Shown piece by piece: positions 28,105 to 40,900 of a DNA stretch of 64,000 bases. How positions within the stretch are numbered: the stretch's first letter is position 1; each line of letters opens with the position of its first letter. The DNA lies in the NCBI GenBank assembly GCA_004022145.1, contig RCNU01000004.1; one strand, given 5' to 3'. This stretch comes from Paecilomyces variotii. Taxonomy: Eukaryota. The notes beneath the pieces are model-generated. The model had not been told where the DNA came from. It searched no databases and was given only the letters and a program-made list of their open reading frames with translations. A program made the translations under genes and the position numbers.

Positions 28105-28576
28105 TCAACTATAGCTGTGGTCCTGTGGGATGTAAGTATGGATTGATAGTGCTACTGAGGCGCTACTGCGACGTACTCACTCGATGTAGTAGTTTATGAT
28201 TATTTGAATCTCTTGTTTTGTTAAAATTATGTCCTGCGGACGTCTGTCGGGCTGGACGACGTAGATGATGAATCGTTATTGGCTACGACGGAGTTGGATA
28301 AGTATTCGGTCCATGAGTTCAATAGATATTATATGAATATTTGAAATATGTACGTGCGACGCGACGAACTCATTACGTGCGCGCAGAGTAAAGAAATAAG
28401 CCATATTTTCAGACAGTACTCCACGCCGAACATAGACAGGTCGAACATAAATATACGTACGGGGAATCTAATCATAAACAGACCATAAAAGAGTGTTCCC
28501 AAAAGGGTATTGAAAGATGAGACTGGCCCGGAGACTAATCGCAAGGCCGGGTGACAAAGAATTCATGTACTAATGT

Positions 28577-30356
28577 TTATATCGCATCCTCGGGGATGAT
28601 CTTGTCGGTCAATGGGATGGATGACGGCCCCTTATAAGTGCGCATCCGGACGAGCCACCAGGCGCCCACGAAAATGGTGAGACCGCCGGTGATCAGGCAG
28701 GCATAGTTCATCGAACCCGCATCTGTCGGGAGGGCGTACGGGAAGCAGAAAATGACGACAAAGGCGGCGATGTAGATAGAGGACAGGAGGTTGACAATAA
28801 AACCAATGCGTCCCATCCAGAAATGACCTGGTGTGACTGATGACCGCTTGGTGAGAAGATGGGGCAGAATGGCGGCCAGGTAAGAGAGACTGGAAAGTTG
28901 CACGAATGATCCAATGAAGGCCTGGAAAGCAGTCGTCGAACCGACGTAGATGCACGCCAGGATAGTAACGACAACACCGCACACGAGGGTGGCGTTGAAC
29001 GGATTTTGCGTCTTCGGGTTGATATGGCTCAACCAGCTAGGGAAGGGCGTCGCACGGTCGCGAGAGAGCGTCCACAGAGTGCGTCCGGCCGTCATGTAAC
29101 AACCAATGCATGTGATAACTGTCGGAATGAATGCAATGATAAGCAGACCAAGCGCTCCTCCCTTGCTTCCCGTGGCCTGCAGGTAAATCTCAGCGATAGG
29201 GAAGTTATATGAGCTGCCCATGACTGCGTCGAGATCGTGAATTGAGTATAATATAGCGACCAGATAAAGGAATCCCGTAACGAAGCCAATAGCCATCTGG
29301 GCCAGGACGGCTTTGGGGACATTCTTGCTAGGCCTGATCTCGAGTTAGACTCAGGAAATCCTGCAATTAGAATCTAAGATCACGTGGGTTCTCACCTTGG
29401 GATCTCCTCAGCAAGATGGGTGGAAATATCTGGATTGCCCACACTGTACGCTCCATTAAGCATACCGGCAACGAAAACGAAACCCTGGCTGGAGTAGCCT
29501 GTCAGGTTGTCCCAGTCACGCCAGACGGTGTGCGAGGGTAGATAACCGGCGCCAGTGACATGAGGCATAACTGCGCAGACAATGATGGTGATGAATACTC
29601 CCGCCAGGATGAAGAAGCCTCCAAGATTGCTGATCACGGGAAGGGCTCTATTCGCGAACAAAACCGTAGCGCAGCAGATGAATGAGCAGCTGATGAAGCT
29701 CACGAAGACATGCCACGCCTGGGGTGTGAAGTCCGGATGGAACAACGCATACATCGACACCGTCTGGTTTCCGAGGATGGCAGCCATGGAAGCAGCCCCG
29801 AAAACCCAGGCCAGAGCGTTCCACCAGCCAGCAAAGAAACCGCACGGACGACCATATTTGCCCGCAGTGATAGAGGCCCAATGGTACACTGATGAGTATG
29901 TTAGCAGCAATTATTGAGATCCATATAGATGTGTGACATACCACCACTAGACGACGGCATTGCAGACGCCAATTCGGCGATAGAAGACGCTACCAACCAA
30001 TAGCAGACTGAAACCGCAATACTGCAAAGAGTTAGATCAATGACATCTACGAGGGTAGATAAGCAGCATACAATTCATAAAGTGCACCAGGAGGTCCTCC
30101 ATTGCTTAGCGACGCAGTCTATCGGGGGTCAGCCAATGTCTTTAGTGTGCTGGCAGCGGACAGAACTTACAATACTGCCTCCCGCGGCAGTCCAGGTATT
30201 TCCAGTTGTGACGGCAGTAGCACAGATACTGACCAGACTGAAGTTCCGCTCCAGTTCCTGCTTATGACCCGAGGCATTAACAACCTCAACATCGTCGTGG
30301 TCATCCGCAGCGTTCGCCACTGTCTGCATCTTCTCCGGGGTCCCCTTGTCGGCCAT
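28577..30356 (-). CDS. APC-superfamily amino acid/choline/GABA permease (Hnm1/Uga4-like), about 5 exons
   Basis: NASGHKQELERNFSLVSICA, NGGPPGALYE, SIAELASAMPSSSGVYHWAS, THLAEEIP, GRTLWTLSRD and MNYACLI, with about 12 hydrophobic segments. Introns lie near 30170-30119, 30071-30023, 29941-29889 and 29395-29334. Confidence 0.88.
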
Positions 30357-31777
30357 TGTAGACAACCCAACCGTCGGCTATTCTATTCTGAACGGGCCCG
30401 CGACGAGAAGGGGGGAAAACACAGAAGGAAGAAAGAAAAAAGGGAATTAAGGAGTGTAAGAGTCGTCCAAGGGGAAAAAAAAGATGGCTCAGCACTGGAC
30501 TTTAAACGAAGAATTAAGCAACGAGTGAACACAAAATGCTGACGGGGTGTCACCGGGAAGCCACTCCAATCAAAGCAGGTCAGACTCGATAGAGTTCTTC
30601 GAGAAGACGAAGTCCACGCGAGTTTTGGCTCAACTGGAACGCCGCCACGTTCAAAAGGAGAATGTTGAACCTGCGGGGTTGACCATGCTCCCTTTGCAGA
30701 TGGACTGATAGTGACATCGAGCGTTGCAAAACCAGCAGCAATGCGATTCCCCTTATCTTTAACAACATCCCGGAGTCGGGATACCGCAGGGGAAAAGGCG
30801 TTGAAGGCCAATCAGCAATGGTAATGGGCGTCGCAGGTGGCCAAAAAGCCGGCCTGGACCCAAGGGCCATTGCACGGCCATGGGGTGGATTCTGATCAAA
30901 AGGATCTCTCCGCAGACGCCAGTATGGTTGGTGGACGGGATAGCCATGGACTGGAGAACAGACTGGAGCAGACCCGCGATGGCGTTTGTTGCCGTCGATA
31001 TCGGTCGAGCAGCCGGGGGATAAGTCACGGAGGCCATGCCCGAAAAGGGAGCTCTAGCAGATGGGGTCTTGCGTGGATGATAAGCCTGTGTGCGTGTGTT
31101 TTGTGATAGTTAGTCAAGACGATGAAGCTGAAGAACTGTTACTACTCCGAACTGCCAGCCAGCCCATGCTCAGCCTCTCTGGGTCAGATTGGATCAATAA
31201 TAATAATAATCATCAAGTCTGAGCCTGTCAAACTCTGTCGGCCAGGCGGGTGGTCACGTGGTCCGGCTGCTCGCCACCTGTTCGTCGGAGCAGGAGATAA
31301 TAACAATGATAATCATCCATTAACAAACCGTCTTCACTGCTCGATTCTGATCCAAATTTGAGTGTCCTGTCCCTTACATGGGAGAAGGACACACGAAAGA
31401 CTTTATCCCAACCCCTCCTTCGATGTCAGAACCAAGTATCGCCCATTTGTCCAGTTGATCAGTCCAGCACACTATCCCTTGCGCACTCCTACGGCAATGG
31501 TCTTCCAAGGTCCTGTTGAGTAACCCAAGGAACTAGACATCCACCCCTTGTACGAGGGACTTGAACACATCAAACCTCTAGCTGGTCTGGAATAGCGACG
31601 ACTAGTCGAGTGCAACTCTGTTCCTCTTGCAACGACGGAGGATGCACTATCTTGGGAGTCGGACACAGCGGAAGAGGCCGACGCGGGTATTATTGCCATT
31701 CGCAGTATCTACCTGAGGCCCTCGAGATTATTATTCTTACTACCTGTGGCTGAGCAGCAGCGCGCGGAGGAAAGAAG

Positions 31778-31797
31778 CCCCCCCCCCCCCCCCCCCC
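31778..31797. repeat. C20 homopolymer in the permease/PTH11-like divergent intergenic region
   Basis: Direct reading. Confidence 0.9.
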
Positions 31798-33300
31798 ATG
31801 CGGCTATTACTTATTGCAGAGCTCTGAGTGCACTGTCTTCAAGCGCGATTGCAAGATATGAAACGTGCCGGGAGAGAAGGCTGCGAATATCGGAAGGCTG
31901 AGTAATAATAGTTTGTAGGCGCATAAATATCTAATTACCGCAGTTAGGTTGGATGATGACCAGCGGCTATGACAATTTGCGGTGGACTTCTGGTTACCGG
32001 AACATTGGGTTGCTAACTTAACATCTAGGCGCGATGTCTTGGATCGGACACCGGCCGCTGGACGCTATCGAGCCTGGGGTAGGTACTCCGATCCGGGTAA
32101 CTATGTAGTAGGGTAAGTTAAGTTATACATGAGTCCAGTTGTATATGGAGGCACGAAGCCACTAGGCCTTACCATGCTCCTGTAGTGAAGGGCAGCGTCA
32201 ATGCTCTTTCGATGCATAGACGAGGATGTCTAATACTTGACGCGCTTACGCCGGTACTATGACTTCTCTCGGGTGATGTCCGAATACACGGTATCATCGT
32301 CATGAACGCTAGGGAACTCTGCTTGTTAGCTGCGGCCCACACGAATCCACAGGGCATAGCGTACTTAAGTAGACTCGATACATAGCGCTACTACCCACGA
32401 TCTGACTCGCGTGCCACGCCGAACGCAAGATCTGCCCACGTACGTAATTAGATCCTGGACCTTCGCACAAAAGCTGTGGACGGTGGCATCTCATATTGAT
32501 CGACTGCACCTCCAAATCTCCCCTCGAAAGTCGTTGGAAAGGACATGATATAATTATAGTATATTCCCGGGGCAAAAAAAGGGCCATAACATCCATTTTC
32601 TGGCCGAACTCGGATCTGATTTCATCATAGCCACAAGCGGTCCAACTGTGGTCTAACTTTCAACCCAAAAATATGGCTGGGAAGATAGGATCCATGGCTC
32701 AGTTCGAGCGAGCCATTGGAAGAATCTGGATGAAACGGGCTTTATTTGCAAATGCACGCTGATTGTAGGGTCTTCCTGCAAGGGTCGCCCCGACTCTGTT
32801 GTTAAAGTGCCATGTAAAGCTGCAAACCTTGGGCCCCTTGGGAACTCGCGGGCAATAGTTGCATTCCTGAATCCCACATGGCTTTACCGATTGGCCCGGC
32901 CTGCTGGTGTTCTGCGATGCGCAATTGAGGCACGCTAAGACTTCGTCTGCGAACTCTCTCCTGATCCGCCCAAAGGAAAAAGTGGCCTCAGAGGGGCCAA
33001 GATCCAAGGGTCCATGGAGGATCGTCAGGTTAGACTTTGGTCCCAGCACCTCCAATAGTCGGATCTGGAATGGGCCCTTTGCCGAAGGGAATCGATCTTT
33101 ATTGATATGGGCGACCATTCCCGCCCCTCGTCCCCGTCTGGCACATGTTCCAGATCTTTGGATAATCTTGATAATATAATAATATAGATGCACCCTGGGG
33201 ATCGATCCTAACCACGATCCCACGTCCTGGGTCATCCTCTTTGGTTTGCGACGCGGAGTTCCTCGTGGACTCGCCGTGAGTACGACAAAGCCGCCACAAG

Positions 33301-34688
33301 ATGCCCACCCGAGTCTTTGGGGGGTCCTTTGCCCGCGAAACATGGGCCTTGTATGGGGTGGGCATGTTGGGCGTGGTGTTGCGATTGTGAGTAAACTCGA
33401 CCTGGCAATATTCCTTCTGGTTCTCGAGGATACTAACAGAGACTCTTCGTAGTGTGGCGAGAATCAAACGTCTTGGGATACGGAATCTGCAAGCGGATGA
33501 CTACCTGATGATGTTCGCAGTCTTCTGGTATACCTTGCTCTGTGTGGCATTGAATGAAGTCGCTTCAGGAGGAGGTTCCAACTTGATGACACCGGAAGAG
33601 ATCGCTACCATGACACCAAAGATCCATGCGGACCGAGTGACGGGCAGCAAGTGGGTTTTCGTGTCGGAGCACTCCATGGTGCTTACGATATGGAGCCTGA
33701 AAGCCTGCATGCTGATCATCTATGCCCGTATCACGTATGTCTTGCCTATTGTATTTACATGCTACTTCTCCGCATCGAATTTACTAACAGTTGATTTCTG
33801 CTTCTAGAGAAGGGTTGAGGCAGCGACGTCTGATCAATTACTGCGCTGTCTATGTCGGCCTGGGCTTCGTCGGAACAGAACTCGCGCTCTTCCTGACCTG
33901 CCGCCCACTGTCGGATTATTGGGCTGTGCCAACACCTAACTGTTAGTGGACTCTTTCGCGGATACTTCCATAAAGCATGGATGGCTAATATCACTTCAGA
34001 TCAATGCTCGTCGTACCAGCACTACGAGATCATCCAGGGAGTCTTCTCAATCTCAGCCGATCTGCTCATGTTGTGTGTCGCCATCCCTCTGCTGATGAGC
34101 GTTCGTCTACCGCTGAAGCAGAAGTTGATTCTTCTGCTCCTGTTCGGCATGGGCGCCTTCGTCATCGTCGCTGCTATCCTCACGAAGGTCTACTGTCTCG
34201 TCCCGTGGCTGATCAACTACGTCTACATGAACTGGTATTTCCGGGAAGCGACGGTCGCTATTCTGGTCACCAACATCCCGCTCATCTGGTCTCTCCTCCG
34301 CGACATCTTCCCCGCCCTCAAGAGCTGGACCGGTGGATCAAGAAGATTGACAGAACGGTATCGTTCGGGAGCCTACACCAAGAGCTCAGTATTTCGCAAA
34401 TACGGAACGCCCAGTGGAGTGCAGTCAAGCGAATTCAGCATGCGCAGCATGCGAGACTTCGAGCGTGTCGGGTCCTCCCCGTTGAAAGAGGTCTCGGACG
34501 TCAGCATTCGCCAAAGTGAGGAGCGCGAAGCTGTTAGCGACGATGGCTCCGCCCGGGCTCTGAGGATTCGACAGGATATCACCGTTACTGTCCAACACGA
34601 CCATCGAGAGATCGAGCCAGAACATCGACAGAACTGGCCTCTGGGCCAGACGCACGAGGCCCTGGCTGTCGCTGCACCGGAACCTTGA
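33301..34688 (+). CDS. PTH11-like (fungal rhodopsin-domain) integral membrane protein lacking a CFEM domain; introns about 33387-33452, 33735-33807, 33942-33999
   Basis: ETWALYGVGMLGVVLR/ARIKRLGIRNLQADDYLM, IWSLKACMLIIYARIT, CRPLSDYW, ISADLLMLCVAIPLL..LPLKQK..LFGMGAFVIVAAI and WYFREATVAILVTNIPLIWSL are family-typical. Confidence 0.85.
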
Positions 34689-37600
34689 AACACTTGTACA
34701 TGCAGCATTCCCTTTCGATTTTCCCCTTTTAGCCTTTTTACCCTTATATACCGTGACTGGTATGTTACGACCCGAGTGGAGGACTGGCGTTTCGGAACAA
34801 GCGATCACCAAAACTGGATCATCATTTTCTTTCTTTCTTGCTACATATTTCTATATATGTACATCCATTTTCTGCCCCTCTTTGGATATTTTCTTTTGCA
34901 TATTTTTGACGGAGGATCCACATACGACCTAGCGATGTACATGTCTCTCTTAATGAACATAGAGAAGGAAAAAAAATAATCCGATTTTGACGACTACCAA
35001 GGTCCCCGGAGAGAAATGTCTGTTTGTATTTTGATCGTCATTTCCCTTTGCCAACAGGAATACATACTATCGAGAGACGACCAAAATCGTACCTTGGTTG
35101 AGCGGTGAATCTTTGGCCCACGATCCGTTGACTATTTCCTCTGTAACCCACTTCTGTCGGATTCCACCAGCGTGCACGGTCTGTGACTTTAGTTTTGACG
35201 GTTTGACCTCCCAATCCACCAGAGAATTTCCTCAGGCGCAACCAATCAGTAGAAATGCCTCACAGATGAGGGAGTTTGGGAGTGTTCCTGGCGTTGTTGG
35301 CCTGTGGCTATCGGCAACGGCCGTCGATCGTCCGCCTTTTTTGCCTGCAGACCATGGTTCGTTGGTCGGGATACCACTTATTCCGCGCCGAACCTCATGC
35401 TGATCATTCAACTCCGTCGACTGCGCGATGCCCTTCTTGGGATGATTTAGTCTTGAGACTTTGACAGTGGCAATCCGTCCAAGAAGATCCCGGGGAGGAG
35501 GGGCATGTCATGTCATGTCATGTCAGGTCAAGACTAAGTCAAGTCACTACTGCTCTTGCCCACAAGCAGCAGAGATTTCTGACAGATTCGGCTTTCAGGA
35601 AAGACTTATTTGATCGCCGATACTTAGCATCACCGACTCCAACTGCCGTGATCAGCAGCAGCAGAAAGCGCCAGTGTGTGCTCAACGCCCTTGCATCATA
35701 CCAGCCTTCAATGAGCATGCTCGAGGCTGCCTCAAGTTGAACCAAGTGTCTTTGACCTCGTCTGCTAACTATGGTAATATCGGGTTACGATGCAGGAACA
35801 GCGTCCCATGCTCAGGAACATACACCCCTTTCTTCATCAAGCGGGATGGAACCACGGTGCTGTCGATTTCTCCTGATACTGTAATCCCAAGATTCCGCAA
35901 CGTCGAGTATTTCTGATCCCGACAACCCGGTATGAACCATCTGGTTCCATGGATGCAAAATGCGCAGCACGAGACTAAAACGGCGCCACTTCCTCGCTTC
36001 TCCAATCAACAGCCAGAAACTAGGACTAAAAATCAATACAACTGTTCATCCAACACTTTCACTACCACAGACTACAGTCAACTCCCCGTTCTCCACTGAA
36101 TCAACGCTTTAAGACCCGTGCACTCCGGGGTTTGCGCTCTGCTTGACAAGTTGTCCCGTGTGCACAGTGCACGAATCGACCCAAGGGTCGCGCACGGGAA
36201 AGCATCTGACACTCAGCAGTTGTTGTCGGGGTAAAATGAACCACGGATGCAAAATCCAATAGCCCGATGCTCTGTCAGAACACTTTGGACGTTGGCAACG
36301 AATCAGGCACCTGGCTGCAGCCAACGATCGGCGGCTATTGAATTCTAACTTGTGTCCAGTGCTTAGAGTAGAGTACACCCGCAATACTTATCCCCGCGGT
36401 GGGGAAGACGAAGCTGGCCGCCAACTCAGCCTCTCCGCTGCGTTCAGAGTCGGTGTTCCGGCAGCGAAAAAAAGTTTTCATTGAACACTGTACTTGAATG
36501 TCAATAACACAACACTTTCATCAAGCAGTGATCCAATCTACCAATGCTACAGTTAATCTGCCGAGCATACGGCGTCCGAATACCGATTACCGCGTGCGAC
36601 ATCAACTAGAGTATGTTTGCAGTGGCGTTAGATGAGTCAATTATTAGGGTGCTGGACCATCTTTACTCTATTTGGGCCTCAGTCTACACTGACGTTCGGT
36701 TTTTTAGCCTATGTCAAGCGAGTCAGCGCTGCTATCTCCAAGGTACTACTACATTGTACTGTAGCTAGGTTAGCGCTGCGCCTTTCCCTTGGTCACGATT
36801 CACAGACGAATGAGTTCGGATGAGCAGCACGAACTCGTCCACCATTTTCACAGGTCTCTGCTTAAACCAAGCTCATACGGGCTCTGTTGCCTAAGACGCT
36901 AAATCTTGCAGCATAGACTGTCTCGATTGCATATCCTTATTTCGTATATCTACTGTGTCGAGGCAGTCGGCCCTCTGGCTCCTTACATAGCCTAACGTCT
37001 GCAGAACGAGCTCATCCCTGCTTCGCTAAGGCCGCTCATATGCAACTTTCTTATCTCGCAGTGAGCATCGAATGAACATCAACTGGAAAGAGCAGCATGT
37101 TAGTGACGACTCTCGCGCTCGAAATTGGGCTTCTGCTTTGACCGTGAGTAGGATTTCTGGTCCTGTATTTACTTCTGCCCCTCGGCTCCTCCCCGGACAT
37201 CCTTGCATCAGGCCGCATGGCTGGATATGGGGAACGTTCTGGACAACAAGCCGACGAATTCGCGAAGACTTCTTCACCAGCAAGTCTCGCGCCCGAGACA
37301 CCGCCAGCTTTTGCCGTATAGACACCCAGCCTTGGAAAGCACCAGTAACTACCCGATATCGCCATGCACGCTCCAAGCCTGCAACAGCTAAATGCGGTGC
37401 ACGGTCACACGATGGTGGCCTCATCCTCGATCAGCTTAAGCCAGTGTTGGTTTTAAATCAAGCCACGAGGGGTTCCTTGGGGAACAGGGCTCTCCCCTGC
37501 TTAGCGTGCAAGATCCAGGGCCAAGTCCAGGCACCCGCAGCGGTGCTAAGTATGGATTTCTTCGGTTCTCCGCTAATTTAGCTGCTTATCTGGCGCCAAC

Positions 37601-39989
37601 CTAGTCGATTAGTCTGCCCCAAGAACCTTTGATCTGGGGCTCTCGCTGTCCAACTATATATTTCGCATCAGGGTCTTGCACATTAAACTTCATAACAGAG
37701 TTTACCCGGCGTACCCTCTTTGCGAGATTGCTCACCTCTCCCAACCACCATGAGCCATGCCCATTGCGCCTACGGAGTACTCCGTACAGACGACAATAGA
37801 GCCTCTTCTCTCCGTTCCCTACTGCTGAAATGAGAAATCCCACGTGGTGGCGGCGCGCGTTTACCGATAGTTCGGAAAATTCTTCACCTTCGCAATAGCA
37901 AACCCGGAAGAAAACACTCTTATGTTCGGATATACGGACCGAAATAGCGACTCTACTCTATAACAATCCATTTGGCTTCTTGGATTTCTCCCTCCGAACT
38001 AGCTTCGGCACTCTGCAGTCGGCATATACGGAACTACGGCGTCCTCACGGAGAACCCCCCTGCAATACATAATTCCTCTCTTCGAAACGAATAGTTACTA
38101 CGGAAGTCGGAAGCGCTCCACAACTTCGTGGATCTTCAGGAACACCCGATGAAACGTGTTGCGCGTTTTAAGCTTTCTTCTAGAAAGGCTTCACCCCTGC
38201 CAAGTGGTGAGAAGAAAAAAAAAACAAAACAAATGTAACACTCTAACACGCAGACCCAGAGAAATGATCCAGAGAAATAACATTAAGGATTCCTTTTCGG
38301 GTATGTCGTGGTGGTCGGTTTGCTGTCCCACTCTTTTCTTGAAATAGACGCTCTACGTATTAGAGCGGCATATTCCGCCCAGCCACGCAATATCCCTCGT
38401 GCTAGACGGTGGCGGTAACGTTATTTTAATCGCCGTATAAATTAATATGCGCAGATCTGAGAGGGTCCTTTCCTCTTGTGCAATTCGCCTGCTTATGAGC
38501 ACGCACCAAATGTCATTTAGAACTCTTCATAGTATGTAGTATCCATGTGTCAACCTAGTCAACTAACTAACTAGCCTTTCAATAGTGTAACAAAATTACT
38601 CTAAGTCTTTAACAATCCTCGGAATTTTCATAACTGAGGATCTAATCTAATGCAATAGGCATAGATATCTCCTGCTCGATAATTCTCCGCTAGTCTAGTC
38701 CACTCCCATTCGTCATGTCATTAAGCAATTGAATCCGATATTGCCGTCCTTTGACTTAAATCAATTCATTGTTAATCCTCTGTTAACTATTACCCATGGA
38801 TCCGTCATAACCCCCAGTTATCATTCCAGATATCCACATCTATCACAGTCGTATCTCCTTGCAAAGAATGTCTAATGCTCCCATTTCCCAAATAGAGACA
38901 GAGATATTAAGATTTCCGAGGTAAATATACTACTCTCTCTGCAATCCCGAGTAATGCTTAATTATACCTTATGCTAGGTCTACGTATTGGGTAAAAGAAA
39001 TCCCACCCCATTGGCATTGTACTGGCAAAGTGTAATACTGTACTCGTAAGTTATGTAGTAGTTATGAATTTCTCGATTTGTAATACAGTCCTTCCAGATT
39101 AATAAGACGAATCGGATATAATATCGACAAGGGAACAATAGAATGTAAACTGCCGATTCTCAGGTTATATCATTGGAATGTAGCTCTTAATACAATGGAT
39201 ATCTCAATCTCGGAAAAGCAAAATGCTCTCGTCCACGGCCTCGAGCGTTGAATATCTAGATCTATTTGCTAAAATGCACCACATCTCATGCTCTGCAGTG
39301 TTCATATTACTCCCAATCCATGATCGATATTCCCACACACATTGAGAAACGCAAGATAAGAAAAACAAAAAGCAATAAACATCCAACAGCACAAGTATGT
39401 ATAGTCCGTGGTTATAAAACGCCGCCAGTTCGATTATAGGCGTCTTGTTGCCCTATTCGGTCCGCTTTACTTACCTACCTACCTGGATATTCCTCATCCG
39501 GAAGTACCACGCATTTGAGCTATTTGAATGCTGCAAACTGAGTATTAAAAATAAACTCGCGTCTTGTATCACTAAGGTTAATTGATGTACAGGAGTATTT
39601 TGCTCTATAATTAAGTGGGTTGAAAGCGTGGGAATGGTTGTCTCTTATTGCTTGGTATTCCCGGGGTTATATTTATATTTAATGGTATTTACTGGAGGGA
39701 AAAGTTGGAGATTTCAATGGTAATGTGCTTTATCGTCATGTTAAGATGAATGATAGATATCTCGTAGAGAGCGTTTCTTCAAGTGAACAATATACGTATA
39801 TGTATATATAAATAAGCGGGTGCTTTCGCCTAGAGAAGCGAAGTACGCTCGCTCGCTATACTGGATGTTATTATCATCGATGAGTTGAGTGATAGCTTCG
39901 AGGAATCAGATGACGAGATTCTCTAAAGATAGCTAATTTGCCCATTAACATTGTCTCGCTATTTGGTTGGAAGCTTATACTGATTCTGA

Positions 39990-40900
39990 ATCAACAATGC
40001 AGAACCTGCAGACTGGGGCCTGCCTTCCAATACCCAGATCACTACCTCATGAACTATTCCAGTCCTCGGCTAGCCTGGTCTGGCAACAATCTCATAAGCT
40101 GCTCTGACTACTACTCAGTCTAATACTCCGTTTAGCACTTTAGAAGAAACAGCGTTATTCCAGGGGAAGCGGAAACGTTGTAATACCTCAAGAACGTAGC
40201 ATTAGCCATACTAAATCTCTGTTTTAAGATGAGAGGACCACCCATTGAAGTAAAATATCACCACAATCTACGCCAGGAGAGTCCAACCAGATATTAAATC
40301 CCTCTAGATCTAATCCAGATCACCATAATGGATTATCTATCACTCCAGCAGCCAGAAGAATTGCATCTAGTGGCAAATATCTTGAAATGCTGAAGATGGA
40401 AGATCTGCCCGGCGCAAATGGAATATCAAACCAAGACTCGATACTGATTGCTCCGCTTCCAAGACTCTGGACTGAATCATACTCGATGAACAATCATTGT
40501 ACGAGCTTGCTGGCTGGGAATTGGAATTCCTCTTAGCGTATGACGAAGCTTTCATCCAACATTTAGTCTTGGTCTTAGACTGTTGAAATATAGATCTGGA
40601 CGAGTACAACCTACAAGCTGCCGCTGGTGTAGTCTAAGATGGGTTGGATGATAAAATCTCCCATCAACTGCAGAGTCTATGACGTTACACAGCGGTTTGG
40701 GACTTAGTCCCTTATGTGGTTTTATTTTCTTGCGCAGGGACTATGATGACGTGAATGTTGAAATGGATATCGTTCTCTGCAAAGATAGACGTGCTATACG
40801 GACATATGTGCACCGGTGGCACCTTGCAGCGACACATCACATCGTCTGCAAGTATGATTGTTGGAAAGAGCTTGAGAAACAGGTGTTATACAGCTCTTAA
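39990..40900 (+). pseudogene. Decayed coding relic of unknown family
   Basis: The frame from about 40476 reads IILDEQSLYELAGWELEFLLAYDEAFIQHLVLVLDC*NIDLDEYNLQAAAGVV*DGLDDKISHQLQSL*RYTAVWDLVP. It is protein-like but broken by TGA/TAA stops. Confidence 0.35.

Noticed and set aside
32699..33343. 214-aa minus-strand ORF overlapping the PTH11-like promoter and start
   Set aside because: Composition looks like translated non-coding DNA, and it overlaps a well-supported plus-strand gene.
36387..36407. TTATCCCCGCGGTGGGGAA hairpin resembling a type I-E CRISPR repeat
   Set aside because: Single copy, no spacers or cas genes, and a eukaryotic context.
37072..37581. 169-aa ORF in the central gene desert
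   Set aside because: No recognisable motif or convincing gene structure; cannot be supported without homology or expression data.
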